Positions 9,068 to 17,539 of a stretch of 35,711 nucleotides of DNA are shown here, piece after piece (the first letter of the stretch is position 1; the number at the start of each line of letters is the position of its first letter). The stretch comes from Promethearchaeota archaeon. GTDB lineage: Archaea; Asgardarchaeota; Lokiarchaeia; Sigyniarchaeales; SOKP01. The notes under the pieces are model-generated. The model saw nothing but the letters and a program-made list of their open reading frames with translations. It had not been told where the DNA came from and made no database searches. The stretch is from positions 1 to 35,711 of the forward strand of contig JAUVXW010000041.1 in NCBI GenBank assembly GCA_030603385.1, in the 5' to 3' direction. The position numbers and the translations under genes were made by a program.

Positions 9068-10364
9068 TAATTTTAAAATTAAATTCTTCTAATAGTTGTT
9101 GTATTTCCTGCATTCTTTTTTTAGACGAGTTTAAATCTTCTGTTTTAGTCGCGATAAAACATGTAAATTGATTAGATTTACTCAATGAAATAGGTGGGGT
9201 TACTAATTCCGGTATAAGGTTTATTAACTTATGGGCTAACTCTTCTTTAAGTTTTTTATTGAGTTTTGACTTAAAATATACTAATTCAATCCTTGTAAAG
9301 AGAGAGAAATATTGTAATTTTACACCCTTTGGCTTTAAACTGTCTAATTTTGAATCAAAAATCAATTTGGCGGGATTTTGATTAATTGCATTTCTTAAAC
9401 CTATATATGAGGTTGTTAATCTAGGATTAATTTCAATAAAATAAAATCTCGAATCATCGCTTTTTATTAAATCAATTCCAAAATATCCAGAAAACTGTGA
9501 AAAATCAATTTTTTCTAAAATTTTGGTCAATTCAATAGAAGTTTTTTGATGATTTTCTATAGGTGTGATTCCACCAAAATATTCAGAGGTGTAATTAGGA
9601 TTTTTAATGTTAATATTTTGAGAATTTATACTTAAAATATAAGGATTTTTAGTCTGTAAATTCAAGGAAGTAGCTGTATTTATTAAAGAGATACTTAAAT
9701 CTGTACCCTCAATGAATTCTTGAAGAACATAATTTCTTCCTGATTCAATTTTGTATTTGAAATTTTGAAAAAAATTCTCAATCTGATTTTTTGTCTCAAA
9801 AAAGTAAATTGATTCAGCACCAACGCCATCTTCAGGTTTAATTACGATTGGTTTTTTTAATTCATAGAATTTCCGAATTATAAATTCAACATCCAAATTA
9901 TTCTTCTTAAAAGGTATTAAATAAGTTTTAGGTGTTGTAATTTTATTCTTTCGAAAAAATTTATATGTGTTTATCTTAGATGTGCCTATTTTTATCCCTT
10001 CTAAATTAGTACTTAGAAGTATTTTATTAAAATTTTTAACAATATTAGTTAATTTATAGAGAATATTTGTGGACTCTGGAGCAATAATGAAAGCATATTC
10101 ACATTCTTTAACAAGAATTTTGAATTGCTTTAGATAATTTTCTTTTCTCTTAATTATTATAAAATTATCAATTGCTAACACTGTTGATAGGTGATGAATT
10201 CGATAATCTAATAATGTGTAGATTTCAAATCCTATAGATTTAAAGTCTTTAATGATAGATCTCAACATTCCAAAACCTTCGCAAAAAAGTGAAATTGGTA
10301 TATTAACTCTATTAAAACCTCCACCTGTGACAAATTCAAAAATAAAAATTCGTTTTTTCATCAT
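9060..10364 (-). CDS. ATP-grasp ligase, MfnD (tyramine-glutamate ligase)-like
   Basis: IFEFVTGGG, EGFGML, IIAPE, VIKPEDGVGA, QEFIEG, GYFGID and IEINPRLTTSY. Start moved to the ATG-ATG at 10364/10361. Confidence 0.8.
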   Translation of the reverse strand: MMKKRIFIFEFVTGGGFNRVNIPISLFCEGFGMLRSIIKDFKSIGFEIYTLLDYRIHHLSTVLAIDNFIIIKRKENYLKQFKILVKECEYAFIIAPESTNILYKLTNIVKNFNKILLSTNLEGIKIGTSKINTYKFFRKNKITTPKTYLIPFKKNNLDVEFIIRKFYELKKPIVIKPEDGVGAESIYFFETKNQIENFFQNFKYKIESGRNYVLQEFIEGTDLSISLINTATSLNLQTKNPYILSINSQNINIKNPNYTSEYFGGITPIENHQKTSIELTKILEKIDFSQFSGYFGIDLIKSDDSRFYFIEINPRLTTSYIGLRNAINQNPAKLIFDSKLDSLKPKGVKLQYFSLFTRIELVYFKSKLNKKLKEELAHKLINLIPELVTPPISLSKSNQFTCFIATKTEDLNSSKKRMQEIQQLLEEFNFKIIK

Positions 10365-10375
10365 TAGAAAGATAA

Positions 10376-10645
10376 GTAAAAGGTATAAAATCAATTAATC
10401 TTCTAAGATTTAGTAATCTAATAATAACTATCTTTAATATATTCTTTGATTATGGGGAGGCTGGATTTTACTATAATTTGAATACGGATATAGATATTAT
10501 TTTCCATCTACGATCTGATGATGATGTCCTTGAATATTTCTTAGAATATCAAGGAGAACCTGAAGAATTTGGTGAATCCCCATATAATAAAACCATTCAA
10601 GATGACATTAAATATATTGAAGAAATTATAAAACTCTATACTTAG
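10376..10645 (+). pseudogene. Possible small gene or gene remnant without ATG
   Basis: An 89-codon stop-free frame ending at TAG 10643-10645: ...FFDYGEAGFYYNLNTDIDIIFHLRSDDDVLEYFLEYQGEPEEFGESPYNKTIQDDIKYIEEIIKLYT. The only standard start is TTG at 10478. Confidence 0.35.
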
Positions 10646-10740
10646 AGAGGTTTTCAGACCTATAAGTGAATAGTCAGTGGCATTCAAAAGGTTTTAAAGG
10701 AAACCTTGAATATTCTTATTTAACTTAACTCTAATAAAAA

Positions 10741-11982
10741 ATGCTGATTCTGATGTTTTTTGACGAACAAACCAGTATGCGGATTCGATATCTGCACTTC
10801 AAAATAAAAAAAATTGAAGATGCTATAGTAAAAGAAGATGAATATTTCAATCTCGATGATTTAAATCTTGTTTTAGAATACACGAAAGCCTTGAATTTAA
10901 ATTATCAAAACAAAAATCATAAGGAGATTTTAAAAGATTTGGATATTACTAGTACATTCCAAGATCCTTTAGTTAACACAGAAATAGAGATTCAAGATAT
11001 TATGTTTGAGTGTGCTCGTGTTCTTTGGGTTATGGCAAGAGCTTATTCTCAGCTTTCTGAGAAATACGAAGAAGATGGAGTATGGGAAAATGCAGTAATA
11101 GCAATGACAGAGTGCAGTAAAATGTATAAAACTGCTGCATATTTTAGTGCTGCTGTTATTAACCAAAAGGATATAGGAATTACACTTGATTCTGAAAATT
11201 TAGAATTAAATTCAGAAGAATCAAGGATTCTCGCTCAAAGTATTGCTGCATTACGTGAGGAAACTAATAACAATATTTATTTTGCTTCAAAATTATACGC
11301 AGGACTTAGTTTATTATCAAAAAGATTGTTTTATTTAAAACAGCATAGGGAGAAAAAGAAGCAACAAATACGAGCCCAATTTCATTACGATATGGGAAAA
11401 GCTTGTCATCTTAAAGCTCGAGCTTCTTTAGAATCGTCAATAACAAATATCAATACAGAAAAAGTTAAAAGGCTTGAACAAAAAGCTTTATGGTATTATG
11501 GTAAAGCAAAAGATATTTGGGAAGAGATGATTAAAACTATTTCACTCTCAATAGAGGAGAAAGAAAGTATTGAGTTGAATTTATCGATTGTTAATGACAA
11601 TCTTAAACAAAACGATGTTAATCCGTTAGATTATGAGGATATAAAAAAAATACAAGATCCAGAACCGATAATTATTATTCCTGAAAACCTAGCTCCATTT
11701 GTACCTAAGAATATAATCTATTTAACTAAATTTGTACCTAAGGATTTAAATATTAAGAGATTTAAGGCTTATCAAAGGAAGAAGTTAGAAGAAAAAATAC
11801 CTTATAGCAAGAAAGAAAAATTAATTGATCAAAAAGCTGGTGTTGTTCGAACCATAAATGAGTTGAAGCTGTTAAAAGAGAGTAATGAGATAGATATCGA
11901 AAAATTTGCGGAATTAATGGAAAAATACTCAATAAAACTCAAAATGATTGAAACTGCTATCGAGAAATTAGCAAAAAAGTAG
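10741..11982 (+). CDS. Putative BRO1-domain (ALIX-like) protein with a C-terminal steadiness-box-like hairpin
   Basis: STFQD...IMFECARVLWVMARAYSQLS resembles Bro1 F.W.D...FEKA.VLFN.AALYSQ.A. The C-terminal RTINEL...NEIDIEKF...SIK aligns without gaps to the TSG101 SB. By-eye comparison only. Confidence 0.65.
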   Translation: MLILMFFDEQTSMRIRYLHFKIKKIEDAIVKEDEYFNLDDLNLVLEYTKALNLNYQNKNHKEILKDLDITSTFQDPLVNTEIEIQDIMFECARVLWVMARAYSQLSEKYEEDGVWENAVIAMTECSKMYKTAAYFSAAVINQKDIGITLDSENLELNSEESRILAQSIAALREETNNNIYFASKLYAGLSLLSKRLFYLKQHREKKKQQIRAQFHYDMGKACHLKARASLESSITNINTEKVKRLEQKALWYYGKAKDIWEEMIKTISLSIEEKESIELNLSIVNDNLKQNDVNPLDYEDIKKIQDPEPIIIIPENLAPFVPKNIIYLTKFVPKDLNIKRFKAYQRKKLEEKIPYSKKEKLIDQKAGVVRTINELKLLKESNEIDIEKFAELMEKYSIKLKMIETAIEKLAKK

Positions 11983-12007
11983 TAATAATTTTTTAGATAT
12001 TTTATAG

Positions 12008-12478
12008 TTATTCTCCTGGCAAAGGTCTTTTCTCTTTTTCAATATATTTTTTACGATTTTCTTCTATTTCAAAATCCCTACGAGTTTCTTCCAAGAATAC
12101 TAAATCGTAGACTTCTTTTAATACCACACTGATTAGAAGCACCTCCATAAAAATGATTAAAAAAACTATTATCATTTCTAAGTTATGTCTATCTCTGAAT
12201 AAAAGTGTAATAAATAAGAACAGGTGTGGGATATAAAATAAGGTAATTACTCCAAGTTTTTTCCCTAATTTGATAATATTTTTATTTTCTAATTTGTAAA
12301 TCTTTTCTAAATTTGATACTTCCCATATATAGTAGGTGCAAAAGAATAGATTAATAGAACATAGAATAACAATGAAATCCCTTTCTTTAACAGTAAGAGC
12401 AATATAAGGCATTAAAAAAATTGAACTAAGTATAAAAGTAAATGAAAAAATAATCAAAATCAGCGCTAATGAAAGCAA
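12008..12478 (-). CDS. Hypothetical membrane protein (about 4 TM) with charged C-tail
   Basis: Four hydrophobic segments; start codon uncertain. Confidence 0.7.
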   Translation of the reverse strand: MLSLALILIIFSFTFILSSIFLMPYIALTVKERDFIVILCSINLFFCTYYIWEVSNLEKIYKLENKNIIKLGKKLGVITLFYIPHLFLFITLLFRDRHNLEMIIVFLIIFMEVLLISVVLKEVYDLVFLEETRRDFEIEENRKKYIEKEKRPLPGE

Positions 12479-12613
12479 TCCATCATGAAAATCTTTGTAA
12501 TCTAAGGGTTTATCACCTAACTTTAATTAATCAAATCTAATTTCAAAAGATACATTGAATTTATAATTTAATTAATAATTTAATTTTTTATTTTAAGCAA
12601 CCTTTTCTAATTT

Positions 12614-12883
12614 ATGTCTGAACAAATTGCAATCTTGTTATACATTAAAAATATGATGGCAGATTTAATTTACATCAATGGAATAATAGCAACAGAGCTT
12701 ATTAAAGTGACAGAAAACACCGCTACTATTCGCCGTGGTGAAGAATTTCTAAATAAATCAACTTGCCTTGCTGAACATAATCAGTTAAACAAAAAAATAA
12801 TTGAAATTTTAAAAAGGTATCAAAAAACAGCAGAAGATCTAGCGGGATTGGATTCACACGTATTAAAGCATGGTGCTGAATAA
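12614..12883 (+). CDS. Small hypothetical helical protein
   Basis: ATG-initiated 89-aa ORF, first in a co-directional run with the IscU-like, hydrolase and prs genes. Confidence 0.7.
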   Translation: MSEQIAILLYIKNMMADLIYINGIIATELIKVTENTATIRRGEEFLNKSTCLAEHNQLNKKIIEILKRYQKTAEDLAGLDSHVLKHGAE

Positions 12884-12902
12884 TATAATTGATGGAATTA
12901 AT

Positions 12903-13340
12903 ATGTCTGAAAACTTTGAAAAATTTGTAGAAAAGCTTCAAAAGAAAATAATTAAAAAGGAAATTAAGGATCATAATGAAAGAATAGTAACCCTATGTTA
13001 TAATCCTCAAAATTGGGGAAAACCTCTGAAAGAAAAAATATCTGTTCTAGAAGAACGAAGGGGAGGCCCAAAAGGTTATTTCTTAGGATTATATTTAATG
13101 ATAGATAATAATTTAATCGTCAAAGCAAATTATATTACTGATGGATGTGGTGTAATGATTGCTACTGGAAGTCAAACTACAATTTTAATTGAAGGTCGTT
13201 CAATAGAATTTGCTGAGAATTTAAAAGTTGAAGATTTAGATAAGGCACTAATGGGTTTACCTAAGGATGAGAAACATTGTGCGGATTTAGCAATTAATAC
13301 ACTTAAAACTGCAATTGAAAAATATAAACAAGAAATTTAA
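12903..13340 (+). CDS. NifU/IscU-family Fe-S scaffold-like protein lacking the first Cys
   Basis: NPQNWG, TDGCGVMIATGS and LMGLP...KHCADLA. Start reassigned to ATG 12903 to avoid overlap. Confidence 0.85.
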   Translation: MSENFEKFVEKLQKKIIKKEIKDHNERIVTLCYNPQNWGKPLKEKISVLEERRGGPKGYFLGLYLMIDNNLIVKANYITDGCGVMIATGSQTTILIEGRSIEFAENLKVEDLDKALMGLPKDEKHCADLAINTLKTAIEKYKQEI

Positions 13341-13352
13341 TTTAAATTCATA

Positions 13353-14093
13353 ATGTTGGATATAATAACTGAAAATGTTGATATTCCTGTAATATCAGAT
13401 AAAATAAATCTCAAAAGCTCTATATATTTTACTTTAAATACAGCCCCTAAGGCCCCGTGGATAGTTAATCTTGCTGGATTTATGAATCACAGAGAAAGCT
13501 ATCTTGTAAAATATTTTTCTGAAAGATTTGCTAACGCAGGATATTATGTTCTTTCCTATGATTATCGTGGTCATGGAGAAACAAAAGAAGAGACCGGAGC
13601 TAGATGGTATGAAATGATGCCCCAAATATTTTCAGATATTCATATTGTTCTTGAGTGGATTATTAAAAATCAAGCTAATAGACTTTTAGATAAAAAAGTT
13701 GCGTTGTTTGGGAGGAGTTTAGGGGGTGCAATTATCTTATCTCATGGATTTATAGATGAAAGAGCAAAATTATTAATTGCACTTAGTACTAGGTATGATT
13801 ACCGAACGATTCGAGGAAGATATCCGGCAGTTGAAGAACATGAAGGGGAAGAAATCATTAGAAAAATTAGTCCTAAATCTTTCTTAAAAAAGGATCTACT
13901 AAACAACGAGAGAATTTTGATTGCACATTGTAAAGATGATGATACAGTTCCTTTTGAAAACTTGCATCACATTAAACAACATCTTGAATTAAATAATGAA
14001 AATATTATTGAGTTTGATACCGGGGGGCATACATTTTCAGGACACAGAGAAGAAATTTTCAATTATTCACTTGAATTTTTAAAGAAATTGTAA
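13353..14093 (+). CDS. Alpha/beta-fold hydrolase
   Basis: YDYRGHGE, nucleophile elbow GRSLGG, DDTVP acid and GGH histidine. Confidence 0.92.
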   Translation: MLDIITENVDIPVISDKINLKSSIYFTLNTAPKAPWIVNLAGFMNHRESYLVKYFSERFANAGYYVLSYDYRGHGETKEETGARWYEMMPQIFSDIHIVLEWIIKNQANRLLDKKVALFGRSLGGAIILSHGFIDERAKLLIALSTRYDYRTIRGRYPAVEEHEGEEIIRKISPKSFLKKDLLNNERILIAHCKDDDTVPFENLHHIKQHLELNNENIIEFDTGGHTFSGHREEIFNYSLEFLKKL

Positions 14094-14145
14094 AGAAGGA
14101 AAAAAAGAAATATTCATATTTATTAGTATATAATGGTGAAAAAAA

Positions 14146-15051
14146 ATGGTGAAAAAAATTCTTATAGTAGGTCCAGCTTCCCAAATACTTGGAGTAAAGA
14201 TAGCTCAGGAATTAGAGATTGAAGCTATAAATACTGAAGTTAAGAGGTTTCCAGATGGTGAAAATTATTTAAGAATTAATATTGAAAATGAAACTCTAAT
14301 CGCTGATAAAGAAGTTATAATAATTCAATCTACAGGACCTAGTTATAGTGGTAATCAGAATAGTCGGCTAATGGAGCTTTTTATGATGATTGATTCTGTG
14401 AAAAGAATGGGTGCTGCAAGAATTATTGTTGTTGCTCCCTATCTTGCGTATGCTCGTCAAGATAAGCCTTTTAGACCCGGAGAAAGTCAATTTGCTTATG
14501 TAATATTCCGTATAATTAATTCAATGGGAATAGATGAATTTTATTCTGTTGATATCCATGCCCCAGAAGTTATGGATGAGTGTTCTTGTAAAGCAATTAA
14601 TATTGATCCTATGAAACTCTTAGCTGATTATGTAACATCCAAAGGGGCAAAAGACATTGTTGTAGTAGCTCCAGATAAGGGTGCAATAGAAAGGTCAAAA
14701 GCTTTTGCCAAGCATTTCGGAGAAAATGTTCCTGTAGATGTTTTTGAAAAAGAACGAGATGTTAAGACAGGTGAAATCAAAATGACGGGAACACTGAGTT
14801 TGAAAGATAAAGATGTTGTTATTGCAGACGATATAATTGCTACAGGTGGAACAATGGCTTCAGCGATAAAATTAGCGAGAAAAAGTGGAGCCAATAAAAT
14901 ATTCGCAGTGGCTACTCATGCATTATTATTAGATCAAGCTAAATTTCGAATATTAAAAGCAGGAGCAGATGAAATAATTGGTACTGATGCAATTGATAAT
15001 GAAGTAAGTAAAGTTTCATTAGCAAAAATAATTGCTGATTATTTAAAATAA
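14146..15051 (+). CDS. prs: Ribose-phosphate pyrophosphokinase
   Basis: FPDGE, PYLAYARQDK, VDIH, APDKGA and DDIIATGGT; SD GGTGA 6 nt upstream. Confidence 0.97.
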   Translation: MVKKILIVGPASQILGVKIAQELEIEAINTEVKRFPDGENYLRINIENETLIADKEVIIIQSTGPSYSGNQNSRLMELFMMIDSVKRMGAARIIVVAPYLAYARQDKPFRPGESQFAYVIFRIINSMGIDEFYSVDIHAPEVMDECSCKAINIDPMKLLADYVTSKGAKDIVVVAPDKGAIERSKAFAKHFGENVPVDVFEKERDVKTGEIKMTGTLSLKDKDVVIADDIIATGGTMASAIKLARKSGANKIFAVATHALLLDQAKFRILKAGADEIIGTDAIDNEVSKVSLAKIIADYLK

Positions 15052-15067
15052 AAGATAAACCCTTCAC

Positions 15068-15610
15068 TTAGTAAGATTTAATTATTCCAAGTACTAGTTT
15101 TCTGGTTTTTTTTTTTAAATCCTGTATCGTCGAATCATTTCGAATCTTATAATCAGCGATTTTTATTACTTCTTTAAGTCCAAATTGAATTTCTCTTTTA
15201 TCTCTCTCCTTTAGATCATCAATATTTTTTGGATCATCACTTCGACCTCTTTCAAAAAGCCGTTTAAATCTTTCTTCTTCCTTGACTACAACAGCTATAA
15301 TTGGAAATTTCCAAAACTTTCTAAAAACGTTGACTTCTGAGATAGATCTAACCCCATCTACAATAATTACTTCTTCGTTTTTATTTTTAATTAAATCTAC
15401 ACATTTTTTAGCTATTATTCCTGGACCCTCCTTTTCACGCAGTTCTTTAGCAATTTTACCAATAATGTTTCCAGAAGGTTCTAAATTTCTCTTTTTAGCT
15501 TCATTTCGAACAACATCACCCATTGTTACAACAAGTCCTAAACCTCTTATTGCTTCTATGGCAGTTGTTTTACCAGAACCAGGCAAACCCACTATCGTAC
15601 AGATTTTCAT
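15068..15610 (-). CDS. UPF0200 / dephospho-CoA-kinase-like P-loop kinase
   Basis: GLPGSGKTT, MGDVVR, DGVRS..E, RGRSDD and RDKRE..FG. Confidence 0.85.
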   Translation of the reverse strand: MKICTIVGLPGSGKTTAIEAIRGLGLVVTMGDVVRNEAKKRNLEPSGNIIGKIAKELREKEGPGIIAKKCVDLIKNKNEEVIIVDGVRSISEVNVFRKFWKFPIIAVVVKEEERFKRLFERGRSDDPKNIDDLKERDKREIQFGLKEVIKIADYKIRNDSTIQDLKKKTRKLVLGIIKSY

Positions 15611-15721
15611 TTTTGCAACAATTCTTACTAAAATAATTTAAATATCTAGAATTTGTTTAGATTCTATATATAGGAAAAGAAATAAAATTTTTAAAATCTA
15701 ACATAGCGGACAATAATTTCC

Positions 15722-16855
15722 TTGGTTATGAAAAAAAAAAAAAAGATTACCCCATTTAATTCACCGGTTTTATTAACAATAAACGCTTATAAAAGAATCG
15801 TTGGTTATGCTATTAGATATGCCAATGACGATATAAGTGAAAAGAAATGGCGTGAAGTATATGGAATCTTAATAGGAACTATAGAAAATAATGCTAAAGT
15901 TATCGTAAAAGATGCCATACCCATGGTTGTAGGTGATCGAGCAGGAGTTACTTATGAAAATAAACAATACGTTGATATGGCTCAAATTGATGCGTCTATA
16001 TTTGAAAGATCAGTTCAAGATGATAAAAATGATTTCATAATCGGCTGGTTTCACACCCATCCGAATTTTGGTTTTTTCTATAGTCCTATCGATTGTATGA
16101 CTCAGTTGGGTTACCAAATACCAAATCCTTTTGCTGTAGGATTAATTTTTGATCATTCTAAAAGAGATTCTAAAGATTATTTTCTGGGTATAGCTGGCTT
16201 ACGGTTAAAAGATCCTGACTTGGGCATGTCATCTACTTATAATTTGATAGAGTTAAATTATGAAGAAGATCAAAAAATAATGGCTCAAAAGGCTGATAAG
16301 GCTATCAAAAAGGTCAATCGAAATATTAGCAATGTGTTGAAAGAAATAAAATCTATCGATGAAGTGTTGCGTAAAAAAATGCTTGCTCAACTTCAGAGGA
16401 ATTATGGATTGATTTTAGTTCCAAAAGAAGATATTAAAGTAACCGATAATGAAGAGGAAGCTGAAGAGGATGAGCTCTATTTGTATGAGTGGGATCCAGA
16501 TTTTTTTAAAAAAACATATAGAATCCCAAAATTTAGAGAAAAAATTGAGAAAACCATCTCGGAAGCTTATGACGAATTAGATAAATTAGTGGAAAAAAAT
16601 GAAACAGAAAAATTTGAAATCAGAAAACAGAAATTGTCAAAAAAAATTCAAAATATGTTAGCGAAACCAAACGAATGGTATGATAAATTAATGGATGAAT
16701 TTTCTAAGAGAATAGAAGTTATAAGCCAATTCTTTAATTATTTAGATACTTATGAAAGAAAAATTATAGAACATTTTGAAGAGAGAAGTTCTGAATATTA
16801 CAAAATTTTAGACGACCTAAATGTCAGGGCAGAATTAAACTTAGAGAATTTTTAA
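15722..16855 (+). CDS. MPN+/JAMM metalloprotease (Rpn11/CSN5/AMSH-like) with C-terminal coiled-coil region
   Basis: EVYGILIG, DAIPM and IIGWFHTHPNFGFFYSPID form a complete E...HxH-x7-S-x2-D motif, followed by TQLGYQ. Start is TTG 15722 or ATG 15728. Confidence 0.9.
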   Translation: MVMKKKKKITPFNSPVLLTINAYKRIVGYAIRYANDDISEKKWREVYGILIGTIENNAKVIVKDAIPMVVGDRAGVTYENKQYVDMAQIDASIFERSVQDDKNDFIIGWFHTHPNFGFFYSPIDCMTQLGYQIPNPFAVGLIFDHSKRDSKDYFLGIAGLRLKDPDLGMSSTYNLIELNYEEDQKIMAQKADKAIKKVNRNISNVLKEIKSIDEVLRKKMLAQLQRNYGLILVPKEDIKVTDNEEEAEEDELYLYEWDPDFFKKTYRIPKFREKIEKTISEAYDELDKLVEKNETEKFEIRKQKLSKKIQNMLAKPNEWYDKLMDEFSKRIEVISQFFNYLDTYERKIIEHFEERSSEYYKILDDLNVRAELNLENF

Positions 16856-17016
16856 TACAAAAAATTGTTTATAGTTTTGTTAAACTTTAATAATATGCGT
16901 AAATATTATCAAATTAAGAATGTTAGAAAAAATTTAATATAGATAAGATATTAATAAGATTAAGTAAAGCTTCTTTTTAATGAAATTTATATTTTTTTCT
17001 CGAGAGAGGTTCTTTC

Positions 17017-17355
17017 ATGGTTTATGAGACTACTATTATAATCAGAAGTAGAAGTGATAAAGAAAAATCGATTAAGGACGCAATATTTGCATTTTCTGGT
17101 GGTAAAAAATCATTACTAATTAAGGGGGAGGGTGAAGAAATAAGTACAGCAGTTGAAGTTGCTGAAATATTAAAAAATCGTATGTACCCCCGATTAGAAA
17201 TTGGAAATGTTTCTTTAGGAAGTCGTCCCTTTTTTGACAACAGGAACCGTAGATACGATAACAGATACAATAACAGAAATAATAAATTTAATGGAAATAA
17301 AAAAGATATTATATCGAAAATTGAAATTACGCTTCAAACGAAATCTATTGCATAA
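17017..17355 (+). CDS. Divergent Alba-family nucleic-acid-binding protein
   Basis: LLIKGEGEEISTAVEVAEILKNR...ISKIEITL matches the Alba pattern IKARG.AIS.AVDVAE...VS.IEI.L; SD GAGGT upstream. Confidence 0.82.
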   Translation: MVYETTIIIRSRSDKEKSIKDAIFAFSGGKKSLLIKGEGEEISTAVEVAEILKNRMYPRLEIGNVSLGSRPFFDNRNRRYDNRYNNRNNKFNGNKKDIISKIEITLQTKSIA

Positions 17356-17358
17356 TAT

Positions 17359-17529
17359 ATGAAATCTAATTTTAAGAATTTAGGTCCATTATTAGACGAA
17401 ACTCGAACATCTGAAGTTTGCGCTCTTTGCAATAATTTCATTTATAAACGCGTTTATTTTGATGAAAATTCTAAAGAGAAGAGAAAAACCGTATTTGTTT
17501 GCAAGAATTGTTTAAATAATGAACTTTAA
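17359..17529 (+). CDS. Small CxxC...CxxC zinc-finger protein (56 aa), not in the ORF track
   Basis: MKSNFKNLGPLLDETRTSEVCALCNNFIYKRVYFDENSKEKRKTVFVCKNCLNNEL*; starts 3 nt after the Alba stop and fills the gap to the next gene. Confidence 0.8.
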   Translation: MKSNFKNLGPLLDETRTSEVCALCNNFIYKRVYFDENSKEKRKTVFVCKNCLNNEL

Positions 17530-17539
17530 TTGGAATGAT

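Noticed and set aside
15731-15744. A14 tract at the start of the JAMM gene (and T11 near 15106) as a phase-variation switch
   Set aside because: Both frames are intact and encode Lys runs; such tracts are expected in very AT-rich DNA.
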